From contig NC_042997.1 in the NCBI RefSeq assembly GCF_006345805.1, positions 28,458,001 through 28,522,000 on the forward strand: DNA of 64,000 nt. Reading direction: 5' to 3'. This stretch comes from Octopus sinensis. Lineage: Eukaryota. The position numbers were made by a program, and so were the translations under genes. The notes beneath the pieces were generated by a model that searched no databases, was not told the origin of the DNA, and worked only from the letters and a program-made list of their open reading frames with translations. Shown in pieces: positions 38,285 to 51,575 of this stretch; within the stretch, counting starts at the first letter, position 1; the number at the start of each line of letters is the position of its first letter.

Positions 38285-38463
38285 TGTCACCACCACCGCA
38301 ACCACCTCCATGATCCTCTCCTCCCCATCCTCCCCCTCCTCGTGCTCATCTTCATCCCCTCCTCTCCTCCTCCTTCTCATCATCATCATCAGCAGTAGCA
38401 TCAGCATCAGCATCGTCACCATCGTCGTCATCATCGTCATCGTCATCATCATCATCATTACTA
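38285..38463. repeat. Compound (CCT)/(CAT)n trinucleotide tract
   Basis: Direct low-complexity run; the ORF at 38276-38467 is an artefact. Confidence 0.85.
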
Positions 38464-38918
38464 TCACATTTTAACACCATGAATAATATAATTATTTCGC
38501 TTCGATTTACCCTTAGTTAATGCATTTTTCTCTCGAAACAACAAGTTAAACTTCATTAAAACCATGTCATTAAGACAACCTTTGTGCCTGCAAAATACTT
38601 TTATGTATTGATTAATAATACAAAGAACACATTTAAGAAAAGCAAAACACAAGTACGGTTCAAAGTTACACAGTGGTAGTCAGTGCATTCGTATTATACC
38701 AGTTCACTTTGCATGAGTGGACATAATATCATTGTGAACATGTATACTTTATTAAACCGAAATTGCATTTGTCTTAATTTAATGGCAAACAATTCACGTT
38801 ATATCTTTAGACCACCTCTAAATTTATATATGCTACATTTGGCTAACGGGCATATAAAACAGAATAAATTCCTAGTTATCAAATTCTTAAAAATAATACC
38901 TTGAGAATATCGGCTATA

Positions 38919-39366
38919 CGAGTGGTTACTAAAAAGGTCCTGGCTTTGGGATAAAAGAAATATTGGAAGATCAGTTAATCATAATTTTATTCAACATATT
39001 CATTTGCTTCTCAGATTCACACACTTATGGAAACGGTGCTGCATGTTTTCTATGTCGTATAAAATAACTTTGAACGTTGGGTTTCCAACCATGTCTTTCG
39101 CGATACCTATTTCTTTACTACCCTCAAGGGGCTAAACACAGAGGGGACAAACAAGGACAGACAAACGGATTAAGTCGATTACATCGACCCCAGTGTGTAA
39201 CTGGTACTTAATTGATCGACCCCGAAAGGATGAAACGTAAAGTCGACTTCGGCGGAATTTGAACTCAGAACGTAATGCCAGATGAAATACGGTAACGCAT
39301 TTCGCCCGGCGTGCTAACGTTTCTGCCAGCTACCTTCAACGCCAGGAACTTTTCAGCAACCTCTCG
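38919..39366. mobile_element. Mariner-derived MITE carrying a SINE insertion
   Basis: TA|CGAGTGGTTACTAAAAAGGTCCTGG ... CCAGGAACTTTTCAGCAACCTCTCG|TA gives TIRs with TA target duplication. Confidence 0.8.
39106..39334 (-). mobile_element. tRNA/CORE SINE, near full length
   Basis: Reverse complement of the family at 31568-31778. Confidence 0.9.
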
Positions 39367-40241
39367 TATCTAACTTATAATAACCGATTCTATTTCCAAT
39401 ATGATATACATTGTGACATGTGTTGATAAGCATTTTCCATTAGCACTAAATATTTATGAAACCGTTCTCAATATAAGGTCAGTACAAAATACCCATAGAT
39501 CTAAACATATGAAAACATTATATTCAAACAGATGTTCTTCACTCGATAAGCTTCCTTGGATTTTATACAGCATTGAGAGTATATATCCAAAAGATTATAA
39601 GAATATATGAGATCAGATCAGAAGAATATATATATATATATATATATATAAATGTATTTATATGTGTGTGTGTGTATTTGTGTTCGTGTGTGTGTGTGTG
39701 CACGTTTGTGTATTAGTGAGTGTGTGTACATGTATGTGTGTGTGTATGTGTGTATGAATATATATAAAGAATGCTTTATGAAGAATTAGCATTTGGCGTT
39801 TCTTTATTTTTCCTTGGTAGATAACGGTTTCCAGTATTCTAATTATAAGAATCCTTTCATGCATTTGTCATATAGTTACATGGAGTGTAGTCTGTAACAA
39901 ATATTTCTTTTTTGAGGTTATCAATATACAGAAGTTATCTCAATATTCTTTTCTGTCAGATGTAGTTACCAAAAGGACATCTCAAGGAACACTTTTGAAA
40001 ATTTTGAGTTGTATAAAATGCGTGAATTCTATCGTTTCCTTTTGTTCTTTTAAGACGTCGTAAACATAGGAACTGAATATCGCGGCAGTTATACATAAAA
40101 GTTTGTCGTGCTTTTAAAGCCAAACTTACAATTAAGTCTTTTCAAAAGAGAATAAAGCTCCTCCTTGAGGCGATTAGTTTACAGTATTTTTAAATTGGTG
40201 GTAACTAGTTATTTGTGAATTTTGCAGCTTTTGAAGACATT

Positions 40242-40434
40242 GGTGCAGGCGTGTGTGGAAAAGCAGCTTACTTTCCAACCACGTTATTCCGGGTTCAGTC
40301 ACAGTGCGTGACATTTTGGGCAAGTGTCTTCTACTAGAGCATCGAGCTGACCAATACCTTGTGAGTGGATTTGGTAGAACTGAGACTGAAAGAAATATGT
40401 CGTATGCACATACGTATATATATATATATATAAA

Positions 40435-40472
<38 letters not shown>

Positions 40473-40611
40473 TATATATCATTCACAAGAAAGCACAAAA
40501 CAACACAACAACGCGACGACGTGGAACAAATAGTATTATTGGACGCTCAGGAAAGAAGGAAGAAGGAAGGTTTAGGCATCGAGCGGAGCTCTTCGTTGGA
40601 AACATAGGATA

Positions 40612-40676
<65 letters not shown>

Positions 40677-40821
40677 TAGCATGTATGTGTGTGTTCACGA
40701 AAAGAGGCCGGTGGAATAACTACCGGGTTTAAAAGTTATATACTGCGGTCGATTCATTCGACTATAAATTTAAGGTGGTGCCCCAGTATGACCGTAGTCT
40801 GATGACTGAAACAAGTAAGAG
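40242..40821 (+). mobile_element. tRNA-derived SINE split by a PLE fragment (40481-40610) in its internal microsatellite
   Basis: Head at 40242-40410 and tail GGTGGTGCCCCAGTATGACCGTAGTCTGATGACTGAAACAAGTAAGAG at ~40775-40821. Confidence 0.75.
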
Positions 40822-41980
40822 ACAACACAACACACACCTGCTAGAGTGTTGAAGTAATTTATTTGACTCAAATACTTTTGGCACTTAGTCTATTCTACTA
40901 ATTATAATCCCAATTATTTCTTTTATGTATTAAAATAATACGTCTTTTCTGACAATACTTTGCTCTTGCTGCGCGTATTTTATTAACAACGTACATTCCA
41001 CTCCCTGTTCCTGACTACTCTGTAATTTTCTTATGCATTTTCGTTTGTTATAGCTAACGATGTTCTTATTACAACCCAACACTGTTGTAATTTGAGAGCT
41101 CTTTATATTCTTTTTGTATTTACTTTTATTTTCTTCTGTAAATTCTTTCACAGAGTTCGTTATGTTTAAAGTAACGTCCATTACTTTCCAATCTCGTGCT
41201 GTGCACTACTTTTGTTTCAATTTCATCCCTTTTTCTAAAATGTTCTCTTCTAACGATATATTTTATCTCGATAACAATTTTCTGAAATATTTGTCTTAAT
41301 AGTTTGTCTTTAGTAGAAATTCCCTATATATAACTATATATATTCACCGTCTCCCTTTCGTTGTCCCTTGTTTCATATATTTCTATTTGAGGCTTATTGT
41401 GTTCACTTGACCCGACAACAATGCGTGCATACATGTTATTCTTATAGTAAGGAATGCACTGATTAATTCCTTTTATCTCTGTATCATTGGGTCAATTTTG
41501 TTTTTACAATTGTTCTTAAGACACCAATTCTCTTCTTGTTATTTATTTCCCTGAGCAAGTTTTGAGATTTTCCTGAAATTTACATCAGAATGTGGAATTG
41601 TATAGAATCCTAAATTTTGGTTTATGAACCACGTTGAAAATTCTTTAAGAATGTAACATATTTTATATTTGTGTGACTCATTGAGCGTTCGCCGTTTTTA
41701 TTATGTGCGGTTTCCCTCTACTTATATCTACTTTTTAAAAGTAACATTTAGATCTATGTGAGTAATATTAAAAATATAGCGTTATGTATAACATACTGGT
41801 CGATGTCAAGTGTTTGGATATATACCTAGGGTTCAGTTGGGCATATATGCTCCATTATTGTATTTGTGTTACGTTTGTCACCTAATTGTAACTTGTCTCA
41901 CGAATGCATACAGTTTTCTTGATTAATTTTTAGTTTTTAACGATCCATCTGTACCTTTTCAATATAATTTAGATTATGAA

Positions 41981-42361
41981 GGCAGAAACGTTAGCACGCG
42001 GGGTGAAATGCTTAGCCGTATTTCGTATGCCGTTACGTTCTGAGTTCAAATTCAGCCGAGGTCCTCTTTGCCTTTCATCCTTTCTGGGTCGATTAAATAA
42101 GTTCGCACTGGAGCCGACATAATCAACTTAATCCATTTGTCTGTCCTTGTTTGTCCCCTCTGTATGTAGCCCCTTGTGAGTAGTAAAGAAATAGGTATTT
42201 CATCTCTCTTTACGTTCTGAGTTCAAATTCCGCTGTGATCGACTTTGCCTTTCATCCTTTCGGGGTCGATATAAATTGCGTTCCAGCTGCGTACTGGCGT
42301 CGATCTAATTGATTGGCCCCATCCCACAAAATTTCGGGCCTTCTGCCTTGAGTAGAAAAGA
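41981..42361 (+). mobile_element. Tandem/dimeric CORE SINE
   Basis: Two successive GTTCTGAGTTCAAATTC..TTTGCCTTTCATCCTTTC.GGGTCGAT modules with different tails. Confidence 0.85.
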
Positions 42362-44329
42362 TATAGATTATTATTTCTTGCGCTCTCTTTCGTTTTTAAA
42401 AAAAAATGCATAACTGTATTTGGTAAATTACTGAAACAAATGTTTCCTTTCTCTCTCGTATATGAGCATGTGTACCATTATCGCTAAAAGCTACGTCTTG
42501 TAGCAACGGCAATATAATTTCTTGGTTCAGATGCCACCAGAGTCAACTTAGACGTTAATCCTCTTTAATTCTTCAGCTATCGGTAATGGAAAGCTAATGA
42601 CATACCGAGGTCGATATTAAGATCCGTATCTTGAAATCGTTTGTTCTCTTTAAGTGTGGTAGAAATCTATATGCAATGTTTTCGTAGAATAACTACTCAA
42701 TATTATCAATTCAATGTTCATAATTCTTTTATAATCAATTTTTCGTGCTTATGAATATTAGTACTGGTCGGGTGGATTAATGCTGGATAGACTCCCTCTA
42801 AGTATTTCTTTACTTGCTACATCTTTCGTCAGCATTAAAATCAAACTTCACATATGAATTGCTCTTTTGTACTGAATAGCGTCGTTAACCGGGTATTTTC
42901 CATTTCAGGCTTTCTTTTTCTCACTTAATCATTTTTATGGTAGCATGCACCCAATGAATAGAAAGACGTATGCTAAGCGGTGTAAACTTTTACTAAACAA
43001 TCAAAGCAAAAACGAAATTAATCCATGTTTTGTAGATAACTATTTTGAATGGCAATAATATTCAGTAAACGTTAGCTTTTCTTCATAGATCTCATCCTTC
43101 GTGCCTCTTCTTATTTTCTTCTTCGTTTAAAGGTCGTCCCTTCATCTTTCTTTGGTCAAAAAGGTCTGATATTTATTCTCAGGCTCTTGGTTATATCGAA
43201 AGACACTGTGTGGTGGACTCAGCTGAAAATGATGAAGCCTCTTTTTTCCCCTTTTGTTCTATCCAAATTATTTTTTCAACTGGCACTTGCATAGGAAAGT
43301 GGCATGTAGGGAGGTGTAAACGGTAGGAGACCCATATTAAGAAGGATTTATATCAAAGAAGAAGAATTTATTCTATATTCACAGGTTTATTTGCAGAGAA
43401 GATATTTTGTGATGTTTTCAGAATCCATAAATTTCGCTGTATAACTGAAAAGATTCATTGGTAAAATGGATATTTATTAGAGAAATGTCAATACCAAAAT
43501 CTGTTCTTGCACATCGTGAAGACCTATTAATTCGCTCTTTCCTACCATCAAAAGAACACTTCTAATATTTAATGACATTACATAACGCATACATCCGATA
43601 TTTTCTTTAATAACAAAGTTTCATTAAAGCTAATTCCATTCAAACTGTCCATTAAAAAATACTACTGATGGCAATAACGATGAAATTCTAGAATTGAAAA
43701 ATACTTTTGTAGAAAAATGTATTTTTCCCGAAAGCTGCATCACAGCACTGTCACCCTTGACGTTTCACTCGTAGTCAAAAGGTTTGTAAAGTGCTATATC
43801 CACGTTGCTTTGATGCTTCTATAACTATAGTTGTAAGGTGGCCTTTACAACATTTCTACTGAAAATAATAAAAAAACATGAAGCAAAAGTATAGTTTGGA
43901 AATTGGAAATGAAATGTACAAAAAACTAGAATACTTTTTTCCGATTTCAATAGTAATCGAAGAAAAAAGCACAGATTTTTCCGTGACATTAATCTGGTAT
44001 TGCTTTGGATATTTTTTTTGTTCGGAGGATACTTAGTAGCATTTCTTTCTAATGTAATTTCTTTAAAACATGAAAAACAAAGAAAGCAAATCACAGAAGA
44101 TACTACGTTCAATCATTTTTTTATAGAATCCATCCTCATTTCTTATTTTATAATACATTTTCAAAATCCCATTATAAATATAATCCAAGTAAATGTTTCG
44201 AATTGGAGTTTGTCTTATATTTATAAACTTTTCTCTTGTTTTCTCGTCATCTAATCCTATTTCTGTAGACTACATGTCCTCAAGTTTGTATTTTATACAT
44301 TACGTATAATATATATATATATATATATA

Positions 44330-44570
44330 TATATGCATACAAACACACACATATATATACGTATATATATGCATATACGCATATGTATATATATGCATTT
44401 ATATATGGACTGTAGTTTTTACTCTGTTTTTGAGGTTCCATTATACATATATATATGCATACACACACACACGCACACATATACGTATATATATATGCAT
44501 ATACGCATATGTATATATATGCATTTATATATGAACTGTTGTTTTTACTCTGTTTTTGAGGTTCCATTAT
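44330..44570. repeat. Tandem duplication, 2 x ~126 bp
   Basis: TTTTTACTCTGTTTTTGAGGTTCCATTA recurs with period 126. Confidence 0.85.
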
Positions 44571-45593
44571 TACACCAATTAGTTACTCTTTGCCTTGCTT
44601 TTTTTTATATTTTAAATGCATTAATAACAGTACCTATAAAATCCTGAAGAGCATTTTCCCGTAATTTCTGAGGAAAATTCTGGAGGTTATAAACGTATCT
44701 TCAAAGTACTTTTTGATGCAATCGATCTAAGTAACGCCCAAATGTGATGTATGTAGAAAATGGTACTTGGAAGAATTGCTTTGAGAATACCTGTAAAAGA
44801 ATACTTGCTATAAATTGTCTTTTATTTTATTGCAAAATAATTAAGTTTCGTATTTTTGCTTTATCGCTTTTGTCTGTCTGCCAGGCCCAAGCAGTGATAG
44901 TGTAGAGTATGTGTTTGGTACATTGGTTAATATTTAGTTGTTGCACTAGTATGTGAGACTTATGAAGGAATCGGTTACTACATCAGATATTGGTCATGAA
45001 AATTAACGTATCTCGTTTCAGGCTGGTGACAATGCTGAGTATTTCCTGCGTTAGTTCTGTTTTTATGAGTTATTTATTATACAGTGCGTTACTGTAACAG
45101 CTTACGTCTCTGTATCGTGTTACGGAATATTCTTTCCATTCGATGTGTGTGTTACGTATATTGTCTATTTTCTATATTGTATGTGTAATGATATTATTTA
45201 CGTAAACTTGTTTGAATTTTTTTATAATGTCCACTGCTAAAATTACCTTTACTGATGTTTTCAAGGAATACTAGCAAACATAACATACTTGATGTCATTG
45301 TGCTTGTCGCTTGTCATCTGGAGAGGCAAGTCAATGAATTTGCAAGAGTGACGTGCTGTGCTAAACGGATGGATTCGGTAAATTATTCTGGCTTGCTTTG
45401 GGTCCAGTTATGTGTAAACAGTGAATGCAAAGAGAAAACAAGTAGGGTGGATAGTCCAACCCAGACATGTGCCGAATGGAAAATAAACTGCGAGGATTCG
45501 AGTACAGTTGGCGAATATCTGCATTGTATCCAGCATCATCATGACATCACTGCGAATATCTACATTTCATGACTTTCCCCCAAATATCTACAT

Positions 45594-45900
45594 CTGGAGT
45601 TCTCAACCATTTTTTTACCAGTGGACCCCTTTTATTCCTATTTTAGTTGGGTAGTCCTCCATAGTCATTCAATGTATAGAAACTCTTATATTTTTATAAT
45701 TCTATAAAAATAGCTAAATTATTTTGTGTATTGTGGACAAATAATCAATTTATTGCACACAAACTTTACTGGTCTGAGTACAATTTTTTCATGATCCCTT
45801 AAAAATTACTGTAGAACCCAGTTTACTATATTGCATCCGTGGAGCCCAAAATGTTATATGGACACACAGGTTCCCTATGGACCACGGTTGAAAATCCCTG
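45594..45900. mobile_element. hAT-type MITE
   Basis: Ends CTGGAGTTCTCAACC / GGTTGAAAATCCCTG; 8-bp flanks ATCTACAT and ATTTATAT match at 6 of 8. Confidence 0.7.
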
Positions 45901-47083
45901 ATTTATATCCTATCCATCATAGTCATGACTTACTCTCATATTACTGAACAAGAATAGTTAACTAGCATTTCTACTTTTTGTGGACGAGAGGTGTTCCTCT
46001 GATCAGACTGACCCTTCTTTGTCAGCATCCGTGTCTCGAAAACTGGAATCCGTCGTATCCACCGATGAAGAGATATTTTCAGTGAAATGTGGTGGCCATG
46101 TTTGTTAGAAACAGCAGAGTATAAGCAGAGTGTAAAGCTATATGAACTGTTCCGAGAAATTCTTGTAGTCGATCATTCGTGATAACACTATGGGTTATTT
46201 CTAACATTTCTGGTTTTGCACTGCTAGTGTGGGCCACTCCTATTTCGGGGTAACCTTTAGAAATACGGTAGTGTTGTGAACAGCGCTAGCCCGACCACTT
46301 TAAGTTTCGTCTGAAATAAACATAGTCTCTTATACGGAGCTGGTCTTGAATTTGACTCTGAATTTTACTAGTCTTATTCGATACCGGCAGAAACGACATT
46401 GCGTACATAGCAATAATAATCACAAAATATTTTCGAAATATTCGGAGACTTGTAACATTGATTTTTAGAAATGTCAAACACGTAAGAGTAATAAATTAAT
46501 CGCACAAACACAATCATGCTATGTATAATTTTTTGAACATTTCCTAAGGTATCTTTCTAACAGACTAGACAATTAATTTCATTTTGGAACATATAGCTTT
46601 CTACCTTTAAGTTTTCAATCAGATTTTAAATTCAGAGGCAAATAAAAACATGTGTTAGAAATGTCTCAGTCCTACTCGCGTTCTAAGATACTTTGTTGCG
46701 TAGATACAGGAAAACATTAATTTCTTCAGAAATATCCTAGATTTCATGCCGGAAATTAATTATGGCATCAGTAAATAAGGTAACTAGCAACTCCATAAAA
46801 ATAATAACTCTAGAATTACCAGCAACTTGATTAGGAGGAAATTAAAATAATAAATTCTCAACGAGTAAAGTTTAGAATAAAGTGAAATGAAATAAAATTT
46901 ATCGGTTTGCAAATAATAATTGAATTTTATACAGATTATTTAATCTAAAAATAAAGTCAAATTTACTTCACGTGAATGCTGTTTGCGGAATGATAAATTG
47001 CATATATGCATAATAAATTACCCGCATACTCATGCATACATTTACGTATGTAAGTATGTACACACACACGCACGCACACACAT

Positions 47084-47135
<52 letters not shown>

Positions 47136-47160
47136 CTCACCAATTTCCTTGACCTTTAAT

Positions 47161-47945
47161 CCAACCCCCAATCTGACACATCCACACTCCTTCGTCTGGC
47201 CGAACTTGTCCTCCCACTTAACTGCTTCTCGTTCGCGGGTGATTTTTACCAGCAGTTTTCGGGAGTGGTCAGGGGAACGAGAATAGGCCCCCAACTATGC
47301 GCATCTGTTTGTTGGCTACGTTGAGGACCAAGTGTTCTAAAGTTTCACTGCTACCACATCCAACGCACCATTCTCCGAGCCTTCTGGCGACTCCAGTACC
47401 ACCCTTCCACTTCCCACATCTTCTTTAACCGACCCCTCCCCTCCCTTAAACGAGCCCACAATCTGCGAGATCTCTTGATTCACAGCGCCTCCCTATCCCA
47501 ACCTCCCAACCCGGGTCGTTCCCCTGGTCCCGCCCACGCTGCTGCACTTGTCCTTACTTCTCCAACACCACCCTCCTCACAGGCACCCATCATCGACCCT
47601 ATCATATCACTGACCCCTTCACCTGCACACACGCACACGTCAATATCACCAGCTCTCTCTCACAAGCTCACGCACGCTCCCACATACACACACACACACG
47701 CACCTTCGTTTATTATCTCCCCTTCTTCCTAGGTCCCATGTGTGACCCCGCTGTCCAGCATTCGCCTTGATAGATCGTTAGCCACGAAACCTTTTTCTGT
47801 TTTCTCTCCCTGTTTATTTTGTGTTCCTTTCTGTGGAAGAGCGTAGGCTCGAAGCGTAAAAGATTTTCTCAATTCCCGAACGTTAAACCAATACATCTGT
47901 TTGTTGTTTACACATCCGTCTTCGTCTTTTGTTTTCTTGCAAATT
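47161..47945 (+). mobile_element. Internally deleted PLE: RT motif B', linker/zinc region, 3' repeat with decayed hammerhead
   Basis: STLLRLAELVLPLNCFSFAGDFYQQFSGVVRGTRIGPNYAHLFVGYVE, then LKRAHNLRDLLIHS..RCCTCPYF..PFTCT; GGAAGAGCGTAGGCTCGAAGCGTAAAAGA at ~47835-47863. Confidence 0.85.
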
Positions 47946-47952
47946 CTCTCTC

Positions 47953-47989
<37 letters not shown>

Positions 47990-48002
47990 GTACACACACA
48001 CA

Positions 48003-48092
<90 letters not shown>

Positions 48093-48289
48093 ACAGAGAT
48101 ACCCGACATTGCCCGTGTCACATGGAATTGAAGATCTAGACTTTTCTTTTATATTTTTGGTAGTTCAAATCTCATCAACATTGGAGATTAAGAATTTTAA
48201 TGGGAATTCTAGTCATTCATTTAACGATTTTCATCCTGAATAATGGAGCAAATGGAGCAAAAGCATGAAACGTAGTTTGACACTGATCA

Positions 48290-48410
48290 ACAAGCACCTG
48301 GAATAAGGACGTACGATTGGATTGACTCTATATCTGAAGATGGCGATGAGGGATCGAGATACTTGGCGAAATGACGTTGTCATCGATGACTGATTCGAAG
48401 ACCGACCAAA
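48290..48410 (+). mobile_element. RTE-like LINE 3' terminal fragment
   Basis: LKMAMRDRDTWRNDV resembles the RTE ORF C-terminal motif AM.DR..WR..V. Confidence 0.45.
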
Positions 48411-51400
48411 ATACAATAGGATGTAGTTTTAATTAGGTTATATAATTGCAGCTACCTATAGTTTTACCATGAAGAACATTTTAGTACCGGTTCCATCTTT
48501 TAGACTTATACCATCTTGAATGCTATTCTAACGTCGTTTGAACTTTTTGCAATTATTTCAAGTGTTCACGTACCATGCAATGTTCATGTTTAACTTCTTT
48601 TTAACATATCCAGATTTTGATATTTTTGACCTGCTAATATCAAACAATTTGGAAGTCTGCATCGACGAGCGTTTAGAGCAATATCACTCACAATACAAAA
48701 CGTTTCCTTTATCAAGCTATCAGTATCTTACAATTATTATATTTTAATATGATACCATGAAACCATGAGTTGGGCTCAAAAGTAAGTATTGAAATGTCTT
48801 GTTAATAAAATTTCCAAGTGAACCGAAGTATCAGATGAATAGTCTATCGACCATACATAGCTTCATGAATCACCAGCGTAGGTTGTAAGGACATGTAGTT
48901 AGAAGGAAAACGATGAATATCTACGTGTGTCAAATGCTCATTATATATCCTCATTATATTTCCTGTAGCAAAAAATTAAATTACGTTTTCTCATTCTGGT
49001 GTGTTTCTATAACGAATTTAGTTGTGGGGTATATTTTGTTTCATAAGCATATATTTCTTATACAAAGGACTGAAGTGTTTCCAGAGCATTGACACAAAAG
49101 AAAGATTGTGTAATGTGGATGCTTGTTCGTGGGGGCACAGATATAGGTGTTTAATCACGGAAATTCTACTTGTGGAGTCCCGATTCTGCTGACTGTGTCC
49201 CGATATTCAGTCCCTCAAATTCAATCTCCTTTCACATGTGTGTTCCCCGCCATACCTGCCGCATTGAAGAACAGATGTACAGGTGATATGATATTTTTTG
49301 TAGTGAACATTTGTGCTGATTTGATTTTATGTATCGTTTATTGTATAAGATTGATGCAGGTTCCACAATTAGGGTGGTTACACATTTGATTATTTTTATT
49401 GTATTTTTGTATTTTATTATATTTTTGCTGGATAATTTGATGCTGATAAAGTAGGCTTTTTTTTAAAGATTCAGGTTGTATTTTACTTTTAATATTTTAT
49501 ATTTTGATTCTTTTTCATTCACAGGTTGTTCATCAAGATGGCTATATTGTGACAGTTGATTTTGAATGCTGCCCTGTTACTCGGATTGTGTGCTGATATT
49601 GAATGCTGCCCATGTTACTCGGATTGTATACACTCATTCACACACACACATGCACACAAATCCGCACTGACATACAAACACATACACACACACACACACA
49701 CACAGTTATATATACAAATATATTCATATTGGTATACTTCGGCCATATGCACCACTTCATGAATCATTTAAGTTATTTTGAAGTTACATTTTGTGATATC
49801 GTATCCCATTCAAAGAAAAAGTGAAGTGGAGGAGTTGACTGAAATGTATCCAGTTATAGGTGGCTGTGAGTTAGCACTTAACAAGCTTTGTTCAGATATG
49901 TTATGAATGTAATGAGCTATTACATATTATCTGATTTGTTTCGACATAATGCTATATACAGCATTGCCTGAAAGAGACGTAATTGTGTTGCAACTCGATT
50001 AGCTGAACAATAACTCTGTTGGATATGTATGACAAGGGATCCCAGCTACAGTTGATGTCTAAAATTGATGTAAATTATCTTTGGAAAATATTAGTGACAT
50101 GGTCTGCCTATTGTGCAATTAATATAGCGCCCACTGCACCATTGGAGAGGAATAAAGTTTATCTGTTTAAGACGCTCCTAATGTGCCAGATGAGTCATGT
50201 CAGTTTTGTATTTCTTATTTTTTAGGGGGAGGGGAGGGAGGTTGTCCCAACTCCCGTAATGATTTGCTTCATATAGTGAGTCGAATGTGTAACAGTATTC
50301 TAATAGTAGTCATATACAGAAAACAGGAATGACGATATTTGGCTCTCTGAGGAAAATCTGAGGAACCAGCATGGTATCCTATTGATGTAACCACAGCAGG
50401 TTTTCCTGAAATAATAGGATATGATTGCTTGAGTGAATTCTCTTTTCCAAAGGTTATGGGTTCAAATTTTCTCACATTTTACAGGATGCCTTTTCTTTCC
50501 GCATTCTTATAGCATACAAATTAGTCTAGAGTTTCTTTCGGTTTTCTTTTTGGTAAGATTTTGGAGCTAGTATAAAAACATTTTTCGTTTCAGTTTTCTG
50601 GGCTGTGTGACGATTAATAGATAGTTTACGAAATCGATGAACAAATGTGGGTCTAATGCCTTACATCATGGAACACCAAGTTTGAATTTTCATAGCTATG
50701 AATGGATTTCCTCAATCACAGCATGATGGATTCTGATCACCATCAAAAACTTAATCGAATGCAGCAGTTTACCATGGTTCTAGAATATGTCAATTTAAAA
50801 AGTATAACAAATATTTTGAGAATCTTCGAGAAGCGGCGAAGTGAAGAACTCCTGGTTAAAATGTATTAAAATAGATGGAAAGAAAATAATGACAGTGTGT
50901 AAATAACAGATACAGGCTGAGGAGAAAAAGTGGGTGAAAAACACATATGCTGAAAGAAGAAAGAGAGTAAAGGAAAAGATGAAATGATGAAGGAATAAAA
51001 TTGTTCGTCCGATTAGTAGAAATAATGATTGAGTGAAATGAACGAAATACTATACTTTGGTATTTTGCTTGATTTTCTCATTCGTTTATTTTTCCATGTA
51101 TTTCAATCCTAATGTTGCATAAAAAAACTTGTAGAAGCAAATGGAATCTTAGAATCTTAATTAAGATTGACCACTGAAGATGTTTCAAGTATTTTAGTAA
51201 AATTATTAGTTTACTTGGTTAAATGGAAGTGTAAATGCAAGTGCGTGATTAAAATAAAATTAAGAATAAGTTTATGCATGTTTGTAATATTCCTCTCCAC
51301 CATAGTTACAAAGACATATTTCATAGATAAGTGGTTAATATGGGTTTAAATCTAGTGCTCAGCTGTAACTATATTCTCATCACAGGTTAGATATCTGTCT

Positions 51401-51575
51401 CGCAGCGAGGTTAGAGCATATATGAATGTATGTACATATATAGTGCATGGTATTTTCTGCAACACAAATGAAGCTGGCAATACACTTATACAACATTCTT
51501 AGGAAACAATGCTACACTTTTTTATGAATAGCACGTTTTACTTAACTAACGTCCGTGGTTGACTGACAAATATTA

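Noticed and set aside
45255-45572. 105-aa plus-strand ORF
   Set aside because: No recognisable motif or splice support; length is compatible with chance.
49150-49330. Possible LINE ORF1 zinc knuckle on the minus strand
   Set aside because: It requires several assumed frameshifts and is too degenerate to support.
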